Translations under genes and position numbers: made by a program
Shown: positions 19,662 to 29,580 of the stretch, piece after piece
Numbering within the stretch: position 1 is the first letter of the stretch
Layout of the letters: every line of letters begins with the position of its first letter
From: Pseudomonadota bacterium
GTDB taxonomy: Bacteria; Desulfobacterota; JAZDOA01
Assembly: GCA_043799175.1 (NCBI GenBank)
Contig: JAZDOA010000156.1
Coordinates: forward strand, 1,242-65,241
DNA length: 64,000 bases
Direction: 5' to 3'
The notes under the pieces: model-generated
Databases searched by the model: none
Told to the model about the DNA's origin: nothing
What the model saw: the letters and a program-made list of their open reading frames with translations, nothing else

Positions 19662-20726
19662 ATGGTTCCGCTCTATATCAGCTCAACCTCGGGCTACTCG
19701 GGCAAGAACCTCGTGACCATGGGAATCGGAGCCCGGCTGAAGAAAGACGGCTACCGCGTGGGTTACATGAAACCGCTGGGCACGGACCCCGTCCGGGTTG
19801 GTGCTACCCTTACGGACGGTGGGGCCAGTTTCCTGCGCGACGCGCTGGGCCTGGCCGACCCTCTGGACCTGATAAGCCCGGTGCTGCTCACCCACGACCT
19901 CAAGGTCAGGGGCTACGGACAGGACATCCCCGGCCTGGAGTCCAGAATTGTCGAGGCCTACCGTCAGCTTTCGGCGGACAAAGACGTAATGCTTCTGGGG
20001 GGGGCGGGCAACATCTACACCGGGGCCTTCCTGGGAATTTCCGGCGCCAAGCTCATCAAGAAGCTGGGGTTGAAGGTCATTCTCATAGACAAGTACGAAG
20101 GTGAGTTCTGTCTGGACTGCATTCTCGCCGCCCGAGACGCCCTGGGCAACAGGCTCATCGGGGTCATCCTCAACGCCGTGACCCAGGAGTACCTCCGGGA
20201 TGTCGAGGATCTCATTGTCGGTTTTCTGCACCGCAAGGGCATAGAGTTCTTCGGAGCACTACCGCAAGACGACGTCCTGGCCTCAATCAAGGTCGAGGAC
20301 CTGGCCGAGCGGCTGCGGGCCAGGATCCTCTGCTGCCACGACAGGCTCGACGGCATGGTGCGGAAGTTCCTCATCGGGGGGATGAACGTCGACAGGTTCC
20401 TGGAGTATTACCGCAAATCCCCTCACAATGCCGTCATAGTCGGCGGGGACCGCTCCGACGTGCAGATGGTCGCGCTGGAAGGCCGCAGCGAGTGCCTCAT
20501 CCTTACTGGAGACTTCTACCCCAGCGACATGATCCTGGCTCGGGCGGAGGAAAGGGGCGTGCCGGTCATGCTGGTGCGCGATGACACATATACGGTCACG
20601 GAGAAAATTCAACGCCTCGGCAGTACCTTGCGCCTCAAGGAACCGGAAAAGGTGCAACGCGCCATTCAGGCGGTCAACAAGCATGTCAATTTCGAAGCGC
20701 TGTATCGTCATCTCGGGCTCAAGTGA
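19662..20726 (+). CDS. Pta N-terminal-like (AAA_26 + DRTGG) domain protein
   Basis: N-terminal dethiobiotin-synthase/CobQ-like P-loop-less nucleotide-binding fold and a DRTGG motif region (VIVGGDRSDVQMVALEGRSECLILTGD); 354 aa. Confidence 0.6.
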   Translation: MVPLYISSTSGYSGKNLVTMGIGARLKKDGYRVGYMKPLGTDPVRVGATLTDGGASFLRDALGLADPLDLISPVLLTHDLKVRGYGQDIPGLESRIVEAYRQLSADKDVMLLGGAGNIYTGAFLGISGAKLIKKLGLKVILIDKYEGEFCLDCILAARDALGNRLIGVILNAVTQEYLRDVEDLIVGFLHRKGIEFFGALPQDDVLASIKVEDLAERLRARILCCHDRLDGMVRKFLIGGMNVDRFLEYYRKSPHNAVIVGGDRSDVQMVALEGRSECLILTGDFYPSDMILARAEERGVPVMLVRDDTYTVTEKIQRLGSTLRLKEPEKVQRAIQAVNKHVNFEALYRHLGLK

Positions 20727-20745
20727 GCGGCCAGGGGCGGCCCAT

Positions 20746-21309
20746 ATGAACCTCGTGCGCACATTAATGACTGGCAAGGACGTGGAGCGCGCCTTGCACC
20801 GCATTACGGACGCCATTCTGGAGTGCAACCGAAGAAACACCGCGAGGCTGGCCCTGATCGGCATCCACACCGGCGGCGTCTTCCTGGCCCAGCGGATCCG
20901 GCGCCGGATCCTGGAGCTTACGGGACAGGAGGTGCCGCTGGGAGTGCTGGACATCAACCTCTACCGCGACGACTGGACCCGGCGAAACCAATACCCAGTG
21001 GTCCGTAAGACCGAGCTGACTTTTTCGGTGGACGGCCGCGGAATCGTGCTGATAGACGACGTCCTCTACACCGGACGAACGGTACGGGCGGCCATGGACG
21101 CCCTGATGGACTTTGGTCGCCCCGACAGGATCGAGCTGGCCGTCCTGGTTGACCGGGGCCTGAGGGAGTTGCCCATAATGGCCACCTACCGCGGAGAGTC
21201 CGTGCTCACCACGTCTCAAGAACAGGTATACGTAGACCTCGAAGAGCATTCGGGGCGAGACGAGGTCAGGATCGAGGCCCCCCAGGAATCTGGCCAGGCG
21301 GCCGAGTGA
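20746..21309 (+). CDS. pyrR: Bifunctional pyrimidine operon regulator / uracil phosphoribosyltransferase PyrR
   Basis: PRTase motif VLIDDVLYTGRTVRAAMDAL and the PyrR N-terminus; ATG at 20746 (the ORF-track frame starts earlier at 20581). Confidence 0.9.
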   Translation: MNLVRTLMTGKDVERALHRITDAILECNRRNTARLALIGIHTGGVFLAQRIRRRILELTGQEVPLGVLDINLYRDDWTRRNQYPVVRKTELTFSVDGRGIVLIDDVLYTGRTVRAAMDALMDFGRPDRIELAVLVDRGLRELPIMATYRGESVLTTSQEQVYVDLEEHSGRDEVRIEAPQESGQAAE

Positions 21310-22493
21310 ATATGTCAGGAAAGGCTAAGAGCAGGCAGCCACATGTCTCCCCGCGGGTCGTGGCCACGGTGGGCGAGGCGCTGGAGGCCGTCCGGGCCGG
21401 TCGGCCGGTGGCGGAGGTGTCCGCGGAACTTGTGGCCCAGGGCTGGGCAAGCGAGCAGGTCATGGAGGTCGCCTCCGAACTGGGCCGACAGGCCTCCCAG
21501 GAAGCGGCCGATCTCGCCGCCGGGCTGGCCGCCGCACCCGGCTTCGCCGAAAAGGACGTCCACCGTGCCTTGAAGCGGGCCTTGTACCTGCTGGAGCAAA
21601 AGGGCTTCAAGGTCGAAGCGCCCCGAGGGGAACCGGTCCTGAAGCCGGTGGCTATTCCCGCCCTGCCCGCCTACGTGGGCCTGCCCGATGCCGCCGGGCA
21701 CCAACTGGTGGTCGCGACCATTCCCGCTCAAGGCGGCTACAACGCCTGCCTTTGCGGCCTCAGCCCACGGGGAGTGGAGCATTTTTCGCTGTTGTCGGTG
21801 CCCAAGAAGAGCCTGAGGAAGATGGTCGAGCGGATCGAGGAGGACAGTCGGCTGCCGGTGGCCGAGACCGACGAGACTCACGTGCTCTACCTGCTCGAGG
21901 AGGCCAGGGCGGCGTCAATGGCCGAGGGAGAGGCGCTGGATCCCGAGTTCGCCACGTTCCTCAGGGTTTTTTCGGGTCTGGCGGCGGGCCGTCGCGAGAC
22001 GCCGGCAATATATGACGTCATCCCGGCTGCCGAGGTGGAGGCGGATGAATCCCTTCTGGAGCGCTGCGTCGAGCTGCTCCAGGACATCGGCCTGCTCTGG
22101 AGCCTGCCCTTGTACCTGGTAAGACCTTATGCCGACGAGCTGGACCGGGCGGAGGGGTCCGGTCTCATTATCGGCCGCGAGCTGCGCGAGGCCAGGCGGC
22201 TTGAAATAATCGGCAAGGCGGCCGCCGAGTTGTTTGACGCCGGGCGGCGAAAGCGGTGGCGGCGCAGGCTGGAGGAGTGCGCCTTCGTCATGGCCAGGAA
22301 GGGCCGGCCTGATGAAGCCAGGATCGCCCTGGCCACCGCGATACACTTCGGCCATGAGATTGCGGCAAGCCGGCCGCATCCGCTAGCCGCGGCCCTGATA
22401 GGCCGCTCCCTGGACCTCTTGCGGGCCAAGGAGCGGGAGCGGATGGAATTCTCACCGATCATCACCCCAGGCGGGCCGGGAGACCGAAGGTGA
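21306..22493 (+). CDS. Hypothetical protein (395 aa, Ala/Leu/Glu-rich, probably helical)
   Basis: Translationally coupled to pyrR upstream (ATGA overlap) and to yjbQ downstream; no recognisable motifs. Confidence 0.5.
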   Translation: MNMSGKAKSRQPHVSPRVVATVGEALEAVRAGRPVAEVSAELVAQGWASEQVMEVASELGRQASQEAADLAAGLAAAPGFAEKDVHRALKRALYLLEQKGFKVEAPRGEPVLKPVAIPALPAYVGLPDAAGHQLVVATIPAQGGYNACLCGLSPRGVEHFSLLSVPKKSLRKMVERIEEDSRLPVAETDETHVLYLLEEARAASMAEGEALDPEFATFLRVFSGLAAGRRETPAIYDVIPAAEVEADESLLERCVELLQDIGLLWSLPLYLVRPYADELDRAEGSGLIIGRELREARRLEIIGKAAAELFDAGRRKRWRRRLEECAFVMARKGRPDEARIALATAIHFGHEIAASRPHPLAAALIGRSLDLLRAKERERMEFSPIITPGGPGDRR

Positions 22494-22903
22494 AGACCCT
22501 GGAAGTGCGCAGCACAAAACGCTCCGAGATGATAGACATTACCTCGCGGGTGGCCGAGGCGGCGCGCGCGATGTCCGCCACCGATGGCGCCTTGACCGTC
22601 TTCGTGCCCCACACCACGGCGGCGGTGACCATCAACGAGGCGGCGGACCCGGACGTCGCCACCGACATTCTGGTCGCCCTTGACAGACTGGTGCCTTGGG
22701 AGGCAGGCTATCGCCACGGGGAGGACAACGCCGCCGCGCACATCAAGAGCACCATGGTAGGTTCTTCGGTGCAGATCGGCGTGGAGGGCGGCCGGCTGGT
22801 GTTGGGCCGGTGGCAGGGAGTTTTCTTTTGTGAATTCGACGGCCCCCGCGGGAGGCAGGTACACGTATTTTTTCGGCAGGCTGCTGCGCGCGCGGAGGGC
22901 TGA
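22490..22903 (+). CDS. yjbQ: YjbQ/UPF0047 family protein (secondary thiamine-phosphate synthase-like)
   Basis: Characteristic UPF0047 motifs (DITSRV, LTVFVPHTTAAVTINE and HIKSTMVG); 137 aa. Confidence 0.8.
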   Translation: MKTLEVRSTKRSEMIDITSRVAEAARAMSATDGALTVFVPHTTAAVTINEAADPDVATDILVALDRLVPWEAGYRHGEDNAAAHIKSTMVGSSVQIGVEGGRLVLGRWQGVFFCEFDGPRGRQVHVFFRQAAARAEG

Positions 22904-22956
22904 CCGCCTGTTGATAAGAGCCTTCTGACGCGGGTTGCCAAGAGGAGAAAGGACAA

Positions 22957-23355
22957 TTGCGGCGAAAAGTAGACGTAAAGATCGCCGATGACCGGTCGGT
23001 CACCCTGGACGTCAAGAAATCCGCCGTGGCGGATTTTGCCGGAGCCTTCGTGGAGTACTCCATCGAGAGGGTGCGGAAGGCGGCCGCGGCCAACAAGATC
23101 ACCAACGTGGAGATGCTCGCCGAAGGCTTCCTGGTCTCGCTCAACGAGGAAGTAACCTACTTTCTGAAGCACACCAGCCCCGAGGACCAAAGCCTCCTGC
23201 TGGAGTGGCTCACCACGGCCGTGGTCGGCGGCTACGGACAGGACTTCCTGGCCCGCTACGTAAAGACCCTGGCCGCCCAAGACAACGGTGGCCCAGACAA
23301 CGATAGCCAAGGTGACGGGGGCGAAAACGGCTCGTCCGGGCGGGGCGGCGGCTGA
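22957..23355 (+). CDS. Hypothetical protein with acidic Gly/Asp-rich C-terminal tail
   Basis: TTG start with a strong SD (AGAGGAGAAAGG); 132 aa; lies upstream of the dsrA leader. Confidence 0.45.
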   Translation: MRRKVDVKIADDRSVTLDVKKSAVADFAGAFVEYSIERVRKAAAANKITNVEMLAEGFLVSLNEEVTYFLKHTSPEDQSLLLEWLTTAVVGGYGQDFLARYVKTLAAQDNGGPDNDSQGDGGENGSSGRGGG

Positions 23356-23408
23356 TATTCATGCCCCGCGCCACTCCCGGCATGACGCTAAATCGTTCTC
23401 TTTTAAAA

Positions 23409-23436
23409 CTTGACACTGACAGCGACTAGCGTTATA
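23409..23436 (+). promoter_or_regulatory. Candidate sigma70-type promoter for dsrABDN (TTGACA-16nt-TTATAA)
   Basis: TTGACA at about 23409 and TTATAA at about 23431; would give a roughly 400-nt dsrA leader. Confidence 0.4.
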
Positions 23437-23844
23437 AGGGGCGAGCGCAATCTGCTATTTGCACGTGGCGGTGGTGACTCCCTAATTATGGGATCGCTGG
23501 CTGGCAACACCCAACGGCAACCTGCGTAAACATCCCGGCAAATGGCATGTGGTTCGGGCGATGGGCCGTCTTTCCGTTTGAGTGCCCGAGGCCGTGGGGA
23601 AGTGTTGTCTGCGCGCGTCTCCAGCTTTTCGAAAACCACCGAAAGCATTCGAAGAGCATTCACTGGCCAGCGGGCCGAATTCGTCAGCCCGGTGTAAGTC
23701 TTTTTGTTCAAAACGGTATACCCCCCTCGGCATGCTGATGAAAAAGAATTGAGGAGGTGATTTGGAGCCACGCGGTAAGGACATGCATCCGGCATCAAAC
23801 TGGGGTGGTACTTTTCGTAGTGAAAAGCGAATGGAGGTATAGCT

Positions 23845-25053
23845 ATGGCAGTTGATGTTAAGTCAACCTCTCCTACTCCGATGCTCGACGAACTGGAGAA
23901 GGGCCCCTGGCCAAGCTTCGTATCGTGCATCAAGGAGGCGGGCAAGACAAAGGCTATGGCCCGCGATCTGCTCCTTCAGCTTGAGCAATCGTACCGAGAC
24001 GGCGTCACTCACTGGAAGCACGGCGGGATCGTCGGCGTGTTGGGCTATGGTGGAGGCGTAATCGGCCGCTACTCCGACAGCCCCGACAAGTTCCCCGGCG
24101 TGGCCCACTTCCATACCGTCCGCGTCAATCAGCCCGCGGGCAAGTTCTACACCACCAAAGCGCTGCGCCAGATATTCGACATCTGGAATCGCCGCGGCTC
24201 CGGCCTCACCAACTTCCACGGCTCCACCGGCGACATGGTCTTCTTGGGTACCACTACTGACGAACTTGAGCCCATTTTTGCCGAACTGACCAAGTTGGGC
24301 TGGGATCTCGGTGGCTCCGGTTCCTGCCTGCGTACCCCCAGCGACTGCGTGGGCATGTCCCGCTGCGAATTCGCCTGCATCGACTGTGGCGATTTCACCA
24401 ACGACGTAACCCATACCTATCAGGATGAGCTCCATCGTCCGATGTGGCCGTACAAGACCAAGATAAAGGTTGCCGGCTGCCCGAACGACTGCATCGGCGC
24501 GATCGCCCGGGCGGACTGCTCTGTCATCGGCACCTGGAGAGACGATATTCAGGTGAACCCCGACGCCGTGGCCGAGTGCTCCAAGACCATCGACATTCAG
24601 GCCGAGGTCGTGGGCCTCTGCCCGACCAGCTGCATGAGATGGGACGGCAAGAAGCTCTCCATAAACAACAAAGAGTGCAGCCGTTGCATGCACTGCATCA
24701 ACGTTATGCCCAGGGCACTGAAGCCAGGCAAAGATCGTGGCGCTACCATCTGCATCGGCGCCAAGGCCCCCATCCTCATGGGAGCCCAACTGAGCAGCGT
24801 GGTCATTCCCTTCATGCGCATGGAGTCCCCATACGAGGAGTTCAAGGACTTCATAGCCAAAGCTTGGGAATGGTGGGATGAGAATGGCAAGAACCGGGAG
24901 CGTATTGGCGAGCTGATCCTGCGCAAGGGCATGAAAGAGTTCCTGGATGCAGTCGGCCTGAAGGCGGATCCCCGCATGGTCAAGGAGCCGAGGTCCAACC
25001 CCTACGTCTTCTGGGCCGAGGACGAAGTTCCCGGCGGCTGGCCGAAGAACTAG
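23845..25053 (+). CDS. dsrA: Dissimilatory sulfite reductase alpha subunit
   Basis: DsrA N-terminus ([15 protein letters not shown]), sirohaem/[4Fe-4S]-binding Cys motifs and a ferredoxin-like insert (CPNDC...CPTSCM); 402 aa; strong SD. Confidence 0.95.
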   Translation: MAVDVKSTSPTPMLDELEKGPWPSFVSCIKEAGKTKAMARDLLLQLEQSYRDGVTHWKHGGIVGVLGYGGGVIGRYSDSPDKFPGVAHFHTVRVNQPAGKFYTTKALRQIFDIWNRRGSGLTNFHGSTGDMVFLGTTTDELEPIFAELTKLGWDLGGSGSCLRTPSDCVGMSRCEFACIDCGDFTNDVTHTYQDELHRPMWPYKTKIKVAGCPNDCIGAIARADCSVIGTWRDDIQVNPDAVAECSKTIDIQAEVVGLCPTSCMRWDGKKLSINNKECSRCMHCINVMPRALKPGKDRGATICIGAKAPILMGAQLSSVVIPFMRMESPYEEFKDFIAKAWEWWDENGKNRERIGELILRKGMKEFLDAVGLKADPRMVKEPRSNPYVFWAEDEVPGGWPKN

Positions 25054-25077
25054 AGCACTCGAGGAGGTGATTAACAC

Positions 25078-26151
25078 ATGTCATCCGCAGCAAGGATAAC
25101 CGATATAGGTCCCCCGGATTTCAAGCAGTTTCTGCCTCCGGTATGCCTGAAGAACTACGGGAAGTGGGACTATCACGAGATAGTCGAACCTGGCGTCCTG
25201 CGCCACGTGGCCGAGAGCGGCGACGAGATCCATTCCGTGCGCATTGCCTCCGCCCGTCTCCACAGCACGGCCTGGCTGGAAAGGGTCCTGCAGATCGCAG
25301 ATAAGTACTGCGACGGCTACCTGCGCTGGACGACCCGCAACAACGTCGAATTCCTGGTCTCCGACAAGAGCAGGCTCGAACCCCTGAAGGCGGAACTCAA
25401 GGAGAAGGGCTACGTCATCGGCGGTACCGGGAAGGGCATCAGCAACATCGTCCATACCCAGGGTTGGATCCACTGCCATACCCCGGCCACCGACGCCTCG
25501 GGCGTTGTCAAGGCCATAATGGACGAGCTGATAGAGTACTTCGACGGCCGCAAGACGCTGCCCGCGAAGCTGCGGGTCGCCCTGGCCTGTTGCCTTAACA
25601 TGTGCGGCGCCGTTCACTGCTCCGACATCGCCATTTTGGGCGTGCATCGCAAGCCCCCCCGGATAGACCACGGCGCGCTCAAGGTTCAGTGCGAGCTGCC
25701 GACGGTCGTTGCCTCCTGCCCCACGGGCGCCATCAAGATGAAGCCCAAGGAGGGGACGCTTGACGTCAACCAGCCGCGGTGTATGTTTTGCGGTAACTGC
25801 TACACCATGTGCCCGGCCATGCCCTTGGCCGACAAAGAGGGTGACGGTATTGCCATCCTGGTGGGCGGCAAGATCTCCAACGCTCGGAGCATGCCCAAGT
25901 TCTCCAAGATGATCATCCCCTTCATCCCCAACGAGCCGCCGCGCTGGCCGCAGACCGTTAATGTGATCAAGAAGCTCGTAGAGGTCTATGCAGCCGGTGC
26001 CAATAAGCATGAGCGTATGGGCGACTGGATCGAGCGCATAGGTTGGGAGCGTTTATTCGACCTGACGGGTATCCCGTTCGACGCGAAGTGCATCGACGAT
26101 TTCCGCCTGGCCCAGAACACTCTCCGCAATAGTACCCAGTTCAAGTGGTAG
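25078..26151 (+). CDS. dsrB: Dissimilatory sulfite reductase beta subunit
   Basis: DsrB-like sequence with Cys clusters ([29 protein letters not shown] and [12 protein letters not shown]); 357 aa; directly follows dsrA. Confidence 0.95.
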   Translation: MSSAARITDIGPPDFKQFLPPVCLKNYGKWDYHEIVEPGVLRHVAESGDEIHSVRIASARLHSTAWLERVLQIADKYCDGYLRWTTRNNVEFLVSDKSRLEPLKAELKEKGYVIGGTGKGISNIVHTQGWIHCHTPATDASGVVKAIMDELIEYFDGRKTLPAKLRVALACCLNMCGAVHCSDIAILGVHRKPPRIDHGALKVQCELPTVVASCPTGAIKMKPKEGTLDVNQPRCMFCGNCYTMCPAMPLADKEGDGIAILVGGKISNARSMPKFSKMIIPFIPNEPPRWPQTVNVIKKLVEVYAAGANKHERMGDWIERIGWERLFDLTGIPFDAKCIDDFRLAQNTLRNSTQFKW

Positions 26152-26208
26152 AGGGTTTTTTCAGGCTCCAAGCAGTATGTTTGGAACCCTTTGAGCGGAG
26201 TGAAAGAA

Positions 26209-26418
26209 ATGGCCGATCTGAAGGCAGAGATTATGGTGATTCTTGCTGAGAGTAAGCAAAAGAGAAAGAAGCTGAAGCCAAACGAGGTTGTCAAGAAGGT
26301 CCAGGAAAAGATGGAGATCTCCAAGGAAGACGTAAAGACCGCCATCAAGGAACTGGCCAACGAAGGCAAGATCGTCTACGTATATGCCGGTGGCAGCTTC
26401 GTGGAGCTTCCGTCGTAG
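26209..26418 (+). CDS. dsrD: DsrD (small winged-helix protein of the dsr operon)
   Basis: About 70 aa, Lys-rich, with C-terminal YVYAGGSFVEL resembling DsrD YWSSGSTTMYGL; ATG at 26209 with GGAG SD (the ORF track uses a TTG at 26191). Confidence 0.8.
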   Translation: MADLKAEIMVILAESKQKRKKLKPNEVVKKVQEKMEISKEDVKTAIKELANEGKIVYVYAGGSFVELPS

Positions 26419-26430
26419 TTTTTTGTAAAT

Positions 26431-27864
26431 ATGCCAAAAGAACCCTGTCCGCGTCTGGTCCTTGCGGGCCTGCGTGGTGGGTCCGGAAAAACCACGGTTT
26501 CGCTTGGTCTGACCGCCGCCTGGCGGCAGGCCGGGCGAGATGTGGTTCCCTTCAAAAAAGGACCTGACTATATCGACGCCGGGTGGCTGGCCCTGGCGGC
26601 TGGCCGGCCCTGTTATAATCTTGACCCCTTCCTGATGTCCTGGGAAGGGGTTTTGTACTCCTTTGCGCGTCGTGCCGCCCCACGGGGCATAAACATTGTC
26701 GAGGGCAACCGGGGCCTGTACGACGGGCTGGACGCCCGGGGCGAATACAGCACGGCGGAGCTTGCCAAACGGCTGCGCGCCCCCCTGGTTCTGGTGGTCG
26801 ATTGCACCAAGGCCACCCGTACCGTGGCCGCGCTGGTGCTGGGCTGCAAGTGTTTCGACGACTCCCTGAACCTCGCTGGGGTGGTGCTCAACCGCATTGC
26901 CGGCTCCCGCCATGAAGCAGTCGTCAGAGCCTCCCTGGCGGAGTATTGCGGCGTGCCCGTGGTGGGGGCGCTGCCCAAGCTGAGCGCCCGGATTGCCGAA
27001 CGCCACATGGGCCTGGTCCCCTCCCACGAGGTAGCGGAGGCCGGAGCGGCGCTGGACTTTGCCGCGGAATGCGCCCGAAAATATCTCGACCTCGATGCCC
27101 TGGAGGTTTTAGCCCAGGCCGCGCCGCCGATTGAGTGGGAGGCCGCGACCGTCGAGTGCCGCCCGGTCGCGGACCGACCCCGCATAGGCGTCATCCGCGA
27201 CGAGGCATTCTGGTTCTATTACCCGGAAAACCTGGAGGCCCTCGCCGAGGCCGGGGCGGAGGTGGTCTGGCTGGATGCCCTGCGAGACGGCGTGCTTCCT
27301 CCGCTCGACGGACTTTACATCGGCGGAGGCTTCCCCGAGGTACACGCCGAGCGCCTGGCGGCCAACAGCGGCTTTCGGGAATCCCTCCGGCTGGCAATAG
27401 AGGACTGGCTGCCGGTCTATGCCGAGTGCGGCGGGCTGATGTATCTTGGCCGGGACATCCGGGTTAAGGACACGGCCTACCCCATGGTAGGGGTGTTTTT
27501 GGTGAGTTTTGGGCTGGAGCCCAAGCCGCAGGGCCACGGCTACACCGTGCTCGAGGTCGAGGAGCAGAACCCCTTCTACCCGCCGGGGCGGGTGGTGCGG
27601 GGCCACGAGTTCCGCTACTCCAGGGTGCTGGACTACGGCGGCGGCCTAAAGCTGGCGTTCCGACTGGAAAGGGGACACGGGTTCCAGGACGGCCGCGACG
27701 GACTGATCTACAAGAATGTACTTGCCGGCTACACCCATGTTCACGCCCTGGGCACGAAGGAGTGGGCCTTCTCCCTGGTGGACCGCGCCGCCGAGCACCG
27801 AGGGCGCCGGATGGCGGAGACCGCCGCCCTGGCAGTGGGGTGCCCACGAGCAGACAAGGCCTGA
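26431..27864 (+). CDS. dsrN: DsrN, cobyrinic acid a,c-diamide synthase homologue (sirohaem amidase)
   Basis: CbiA/CobB-type N-terminal ATPase (LAGLRGGSGKTTVSLGL) plus a C-terminal glutamine amidotransferase domain; follows dsrD as in dsrABDN loci. Confidence 0.85.
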   Translation: MPKEPCPRLVLAGLRGGSGKTTVSLGLTAAWRQAGRDVVPFKKGPDYIDAGWLALAAGRPCYNLDPFLMSWEGVLYSFARRAAPRGINIVEGNRGLYDGLDARGEYSTAELAKRLRAPLVLVVDCTKATRTVAALVLGCKCFDDSLNLAGVVLNRIAGSRHEAVVRASLAEYCGVPVVGALPKLSARIAERHMGLVPSHEVAEAGAALDFAAECARKYLDLDALEVLAQAAPPIEWEAATVECRPVADRPRIGVIRDEAFWFYYPENLEALAEAGAEVVWLDALRDGVLPPLDGLYIGGGFPEVHAERLAANSGFRESLRLAIEDWLPVYAECGGLMYLGRDIRVKDTAYPMVGVFLVSFGLEPKPQGHGYTVLEVEEQNPFYPPGRVVRGHEFRYSRVLDYGGGLKLAFRLERGHGFQDGRDGLIYKNVLAGYTHVHALGTKEWAFSLVDRAAEHRGRRMAETAALAVGCPRADKA

Positions 27865-28272
27865 ATGGAGAACCCGATCATGAGAACCCGACCCGGAAAC
27901 CGCCTGGAATTCCCGAGCTGTCCCTTCTGTGGGGCGGTGGTCATGCGGCCCGCCGAAGAAATTGCCGGCCTGGATCTGCCCGGCGGCAAGTGCGACTGCG
28001 GGGCCGTCTATGCCATGGACCCCACCGGCCTTCGCCTGGGCGAGGCGCTGCTTGAGGCGCTGTCCCTGGCCTGCGGGTGCGACTCCGACCTGGGCTGGAA
28101 GCTGGAGCCGGGCGAGGACTACGAGGAGCGCCAGATTCTGGGCTACGACCCCAACCGCCACGTCATCATCGGGGCCGGGGCCAACTACCGTTCGGGCATG
28201 AGCGCCCTGTGCTTCATCCGGCTCTCGGAAGGGGCGCTGGAGCGGGCCGCCGGGCGCGCGCGGCACGGCTGA
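27865..28272 (+). CDS. Small Cys-rich zinc-ribbon-like protein
   Basis: Contains CPFCG...CDCG...CGCDSD; 135 aa; translationally coupled on both sides (stop/start overlaps). Confidence 0.5.
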   Translation: MENPIMRTRPGNRLEFPSCPFCGAVVMRPAEEIAGLDLPGGKCDCGAVYAMDPTGLRLGEALLEALSLACGCDSDLGWKLEPGEDYEERQILGYDPNRHVIIGAGANYRSGMSALCFIRLSEGALERAAGRARHG

Positions 28273-28928
28273 TGGTCTCCCGGCTCAGCGCAAATATCAG
28301 AACACTGCTGGCCGGCGGCGACCTGGAGTCGCTGAAGGCTTTGGCTGTTGGCGGGCAGCCGGTGGTACGCGGCCTGGTCTCGCTCCTCTACGACGAAGAC
28401 GCCCCCGCGCGCTGGAAGGCCATTTCCGCCCTGGGCCAGGTCTGTGCGACCCTGGAGCGCTCCGGCCGCAGCGAGCGGGTGCATGATCTCGTCCGGCGCC
28501 TCTTCTGGATGATGAACGACGAGTCCGGCGGCAGCGGCCGCCACCTGCCGGAGGCGGTGGGCGAGATTCTCTATTGCGTGCCGGTGTTGCTGCCGGCCTT
28601 CGGTCCCATGCTGGCCACGCATCTGGATATCGATCTCTACACCGCCGGGGTGTGCTGGGCCGTGGGAAGGATGAGCCAGCGCGACCGGCGGTTGTTCGCT
28701 TTCGTGCTGCCCGAGGTCCGAAAAGACTACCTGGGCCACGAGGCCCCTGAGATACGCGCCCTGGCGGCCTGGTGCCTGGGGTGGGCGAAGGACGAAGATG
28801 CGCGGCCGCTCCTGGCCGAGCTGGTTGCCGATTCAGCCGAGGCGGTGGTCTTTGAAGATGGCGAATTGCGGAAGGCCAGCGTGGGGCAGTTGGCCACCGA
28901 GGCGCTGGGGCGGCTGAACAGGCCCTGA
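28272..28928 (+). CDS. HEAT/PBS-lyase repeat protein
   Basis: ATG at 28272 overlapping the upstream stop (TGATG); repeated helical units with conserved Arg/Ala/Leu periodicity (ARWKAISALGQV, IRALAAWCLGWAKD). Confidence 0.55.
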   Translation: MVSRLSANIRTLLAGGDLESLKALAVGGQPVVRGLVSLLYDEDAPARWKAISALGQVCATLERSGRSERVHDLVRRLFWMMNDESGGSGRHLPEAVGEILYCVPVLLPAFGPMLATHLDIDLYTAGVCWAVGRMSQRDRRLFAFVLPEVRKDYLGHEAPEIRALAAWCLGWAKDEDARPLLAELVADSAEAVVFEDGELRKASVGQLATEALGRLNRP

Positions 28929-28974
28929 AGAAACTCTGATGGTTTCGTAAAAAGTCAGCCTGTCCTGTCCCGTC

Positions 28975-29040
28975 CCGTTCATGGTTCGATACCTCACCAC
29001 GAACGGAAAATCAGATACTTACGACCTACTCCATCCGTTC
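28975..29040. repeat. Partial copy of a short palindromic repeat (core TTCGATACCTCA flanked by CCGTTC/GAACGG)
   Basis: CCGTTCATGGTTCGATACCTCACCACGAACGG closely matches 29672-29703; a CCGTTCGCCCTGG fragment matches 29611-29623. Confidence 0.6.
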
Positions 29041-29194
29041 GCCCTGGAAGCCTTTCAAAAAAGGATTTGAGTGTGGGGTTGCAGCGTGTCGCTGCCAGGG
29101 TCGCCATATACAGAACCGCCCTGATTATGTCCCCGCCCACCCCTATCTTTATAACCTCACTGACAAAGCTTCCCTGGCAAAGGCCATAGATTTC

Positions 29195-29431
29195 ATGACC
29201 AAGATGACATCTCTCAGACCGACTGATTCCAGGCTATATCGCAACCGTGCTGACTATTACCGAGCCTCCGGCAACAATCAGCTCGCGGTGCGGGACTACT
29301 CCACGGCCATAAGACTCGCCGGCGAGGCCGCAAGCAGTTCTGACTACTACCTCACGGAGACTTTGTTAAACAAGGTCTGCGCGCCAAAGGACATAAAGAA
29401 GGCGAAGAATGGTAAGAAGGGCAAGAAGTAA
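29195..29431 (+). CDS. Questionable small ORF with one TPR-like motif and a poly-Lys tail (possibly a gene remnant)
   Basis: 78 aa; the segment ADYYRASGNNQLAVRDYSTAIRL is TPR-like; C-terminus KKAKNGKKGKK; embedded in a repeat-rich non-coding region. Confidence 0.25.
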   Translation: MTKMTSLRPTDSRLYRNRADYYRASGNNQLAVRDYSTAIRLAGEAASSSDYYLTETLLNKVCAPKDIKKAKNGKKGKK

Positions 29432-29580
29432 GGACACGATTTTGATGGTCTGGTAGACGGAAGCGGTCAGGAATGCAGGGCCGCCCGATAAATTGCAGGG
29501 CAGGCACAGGGGCCTGTGCCCCTACAAGAGGCACGAACAGAACCCTCCCAGCGGGGGAATGCGGTGCGGGAGGCAATTAG

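Noticed and set aside
23863-26010. Long minus-strand ORFs (23863-25077, 25081-26010) antisense to dsrA/dsrB
   Set aside because: dsrA and dsrB are unambiguous on the plus strand; the antisense translations are low-complexity.
28975-29006. Possible tRNA fragment, suggested by a TTCGATACC sequence resembling a T-arm
   Set aside because: The flanking bases do not form a T-stem or acceptor stem; the sequence is part of a palindromic repeat family instead.
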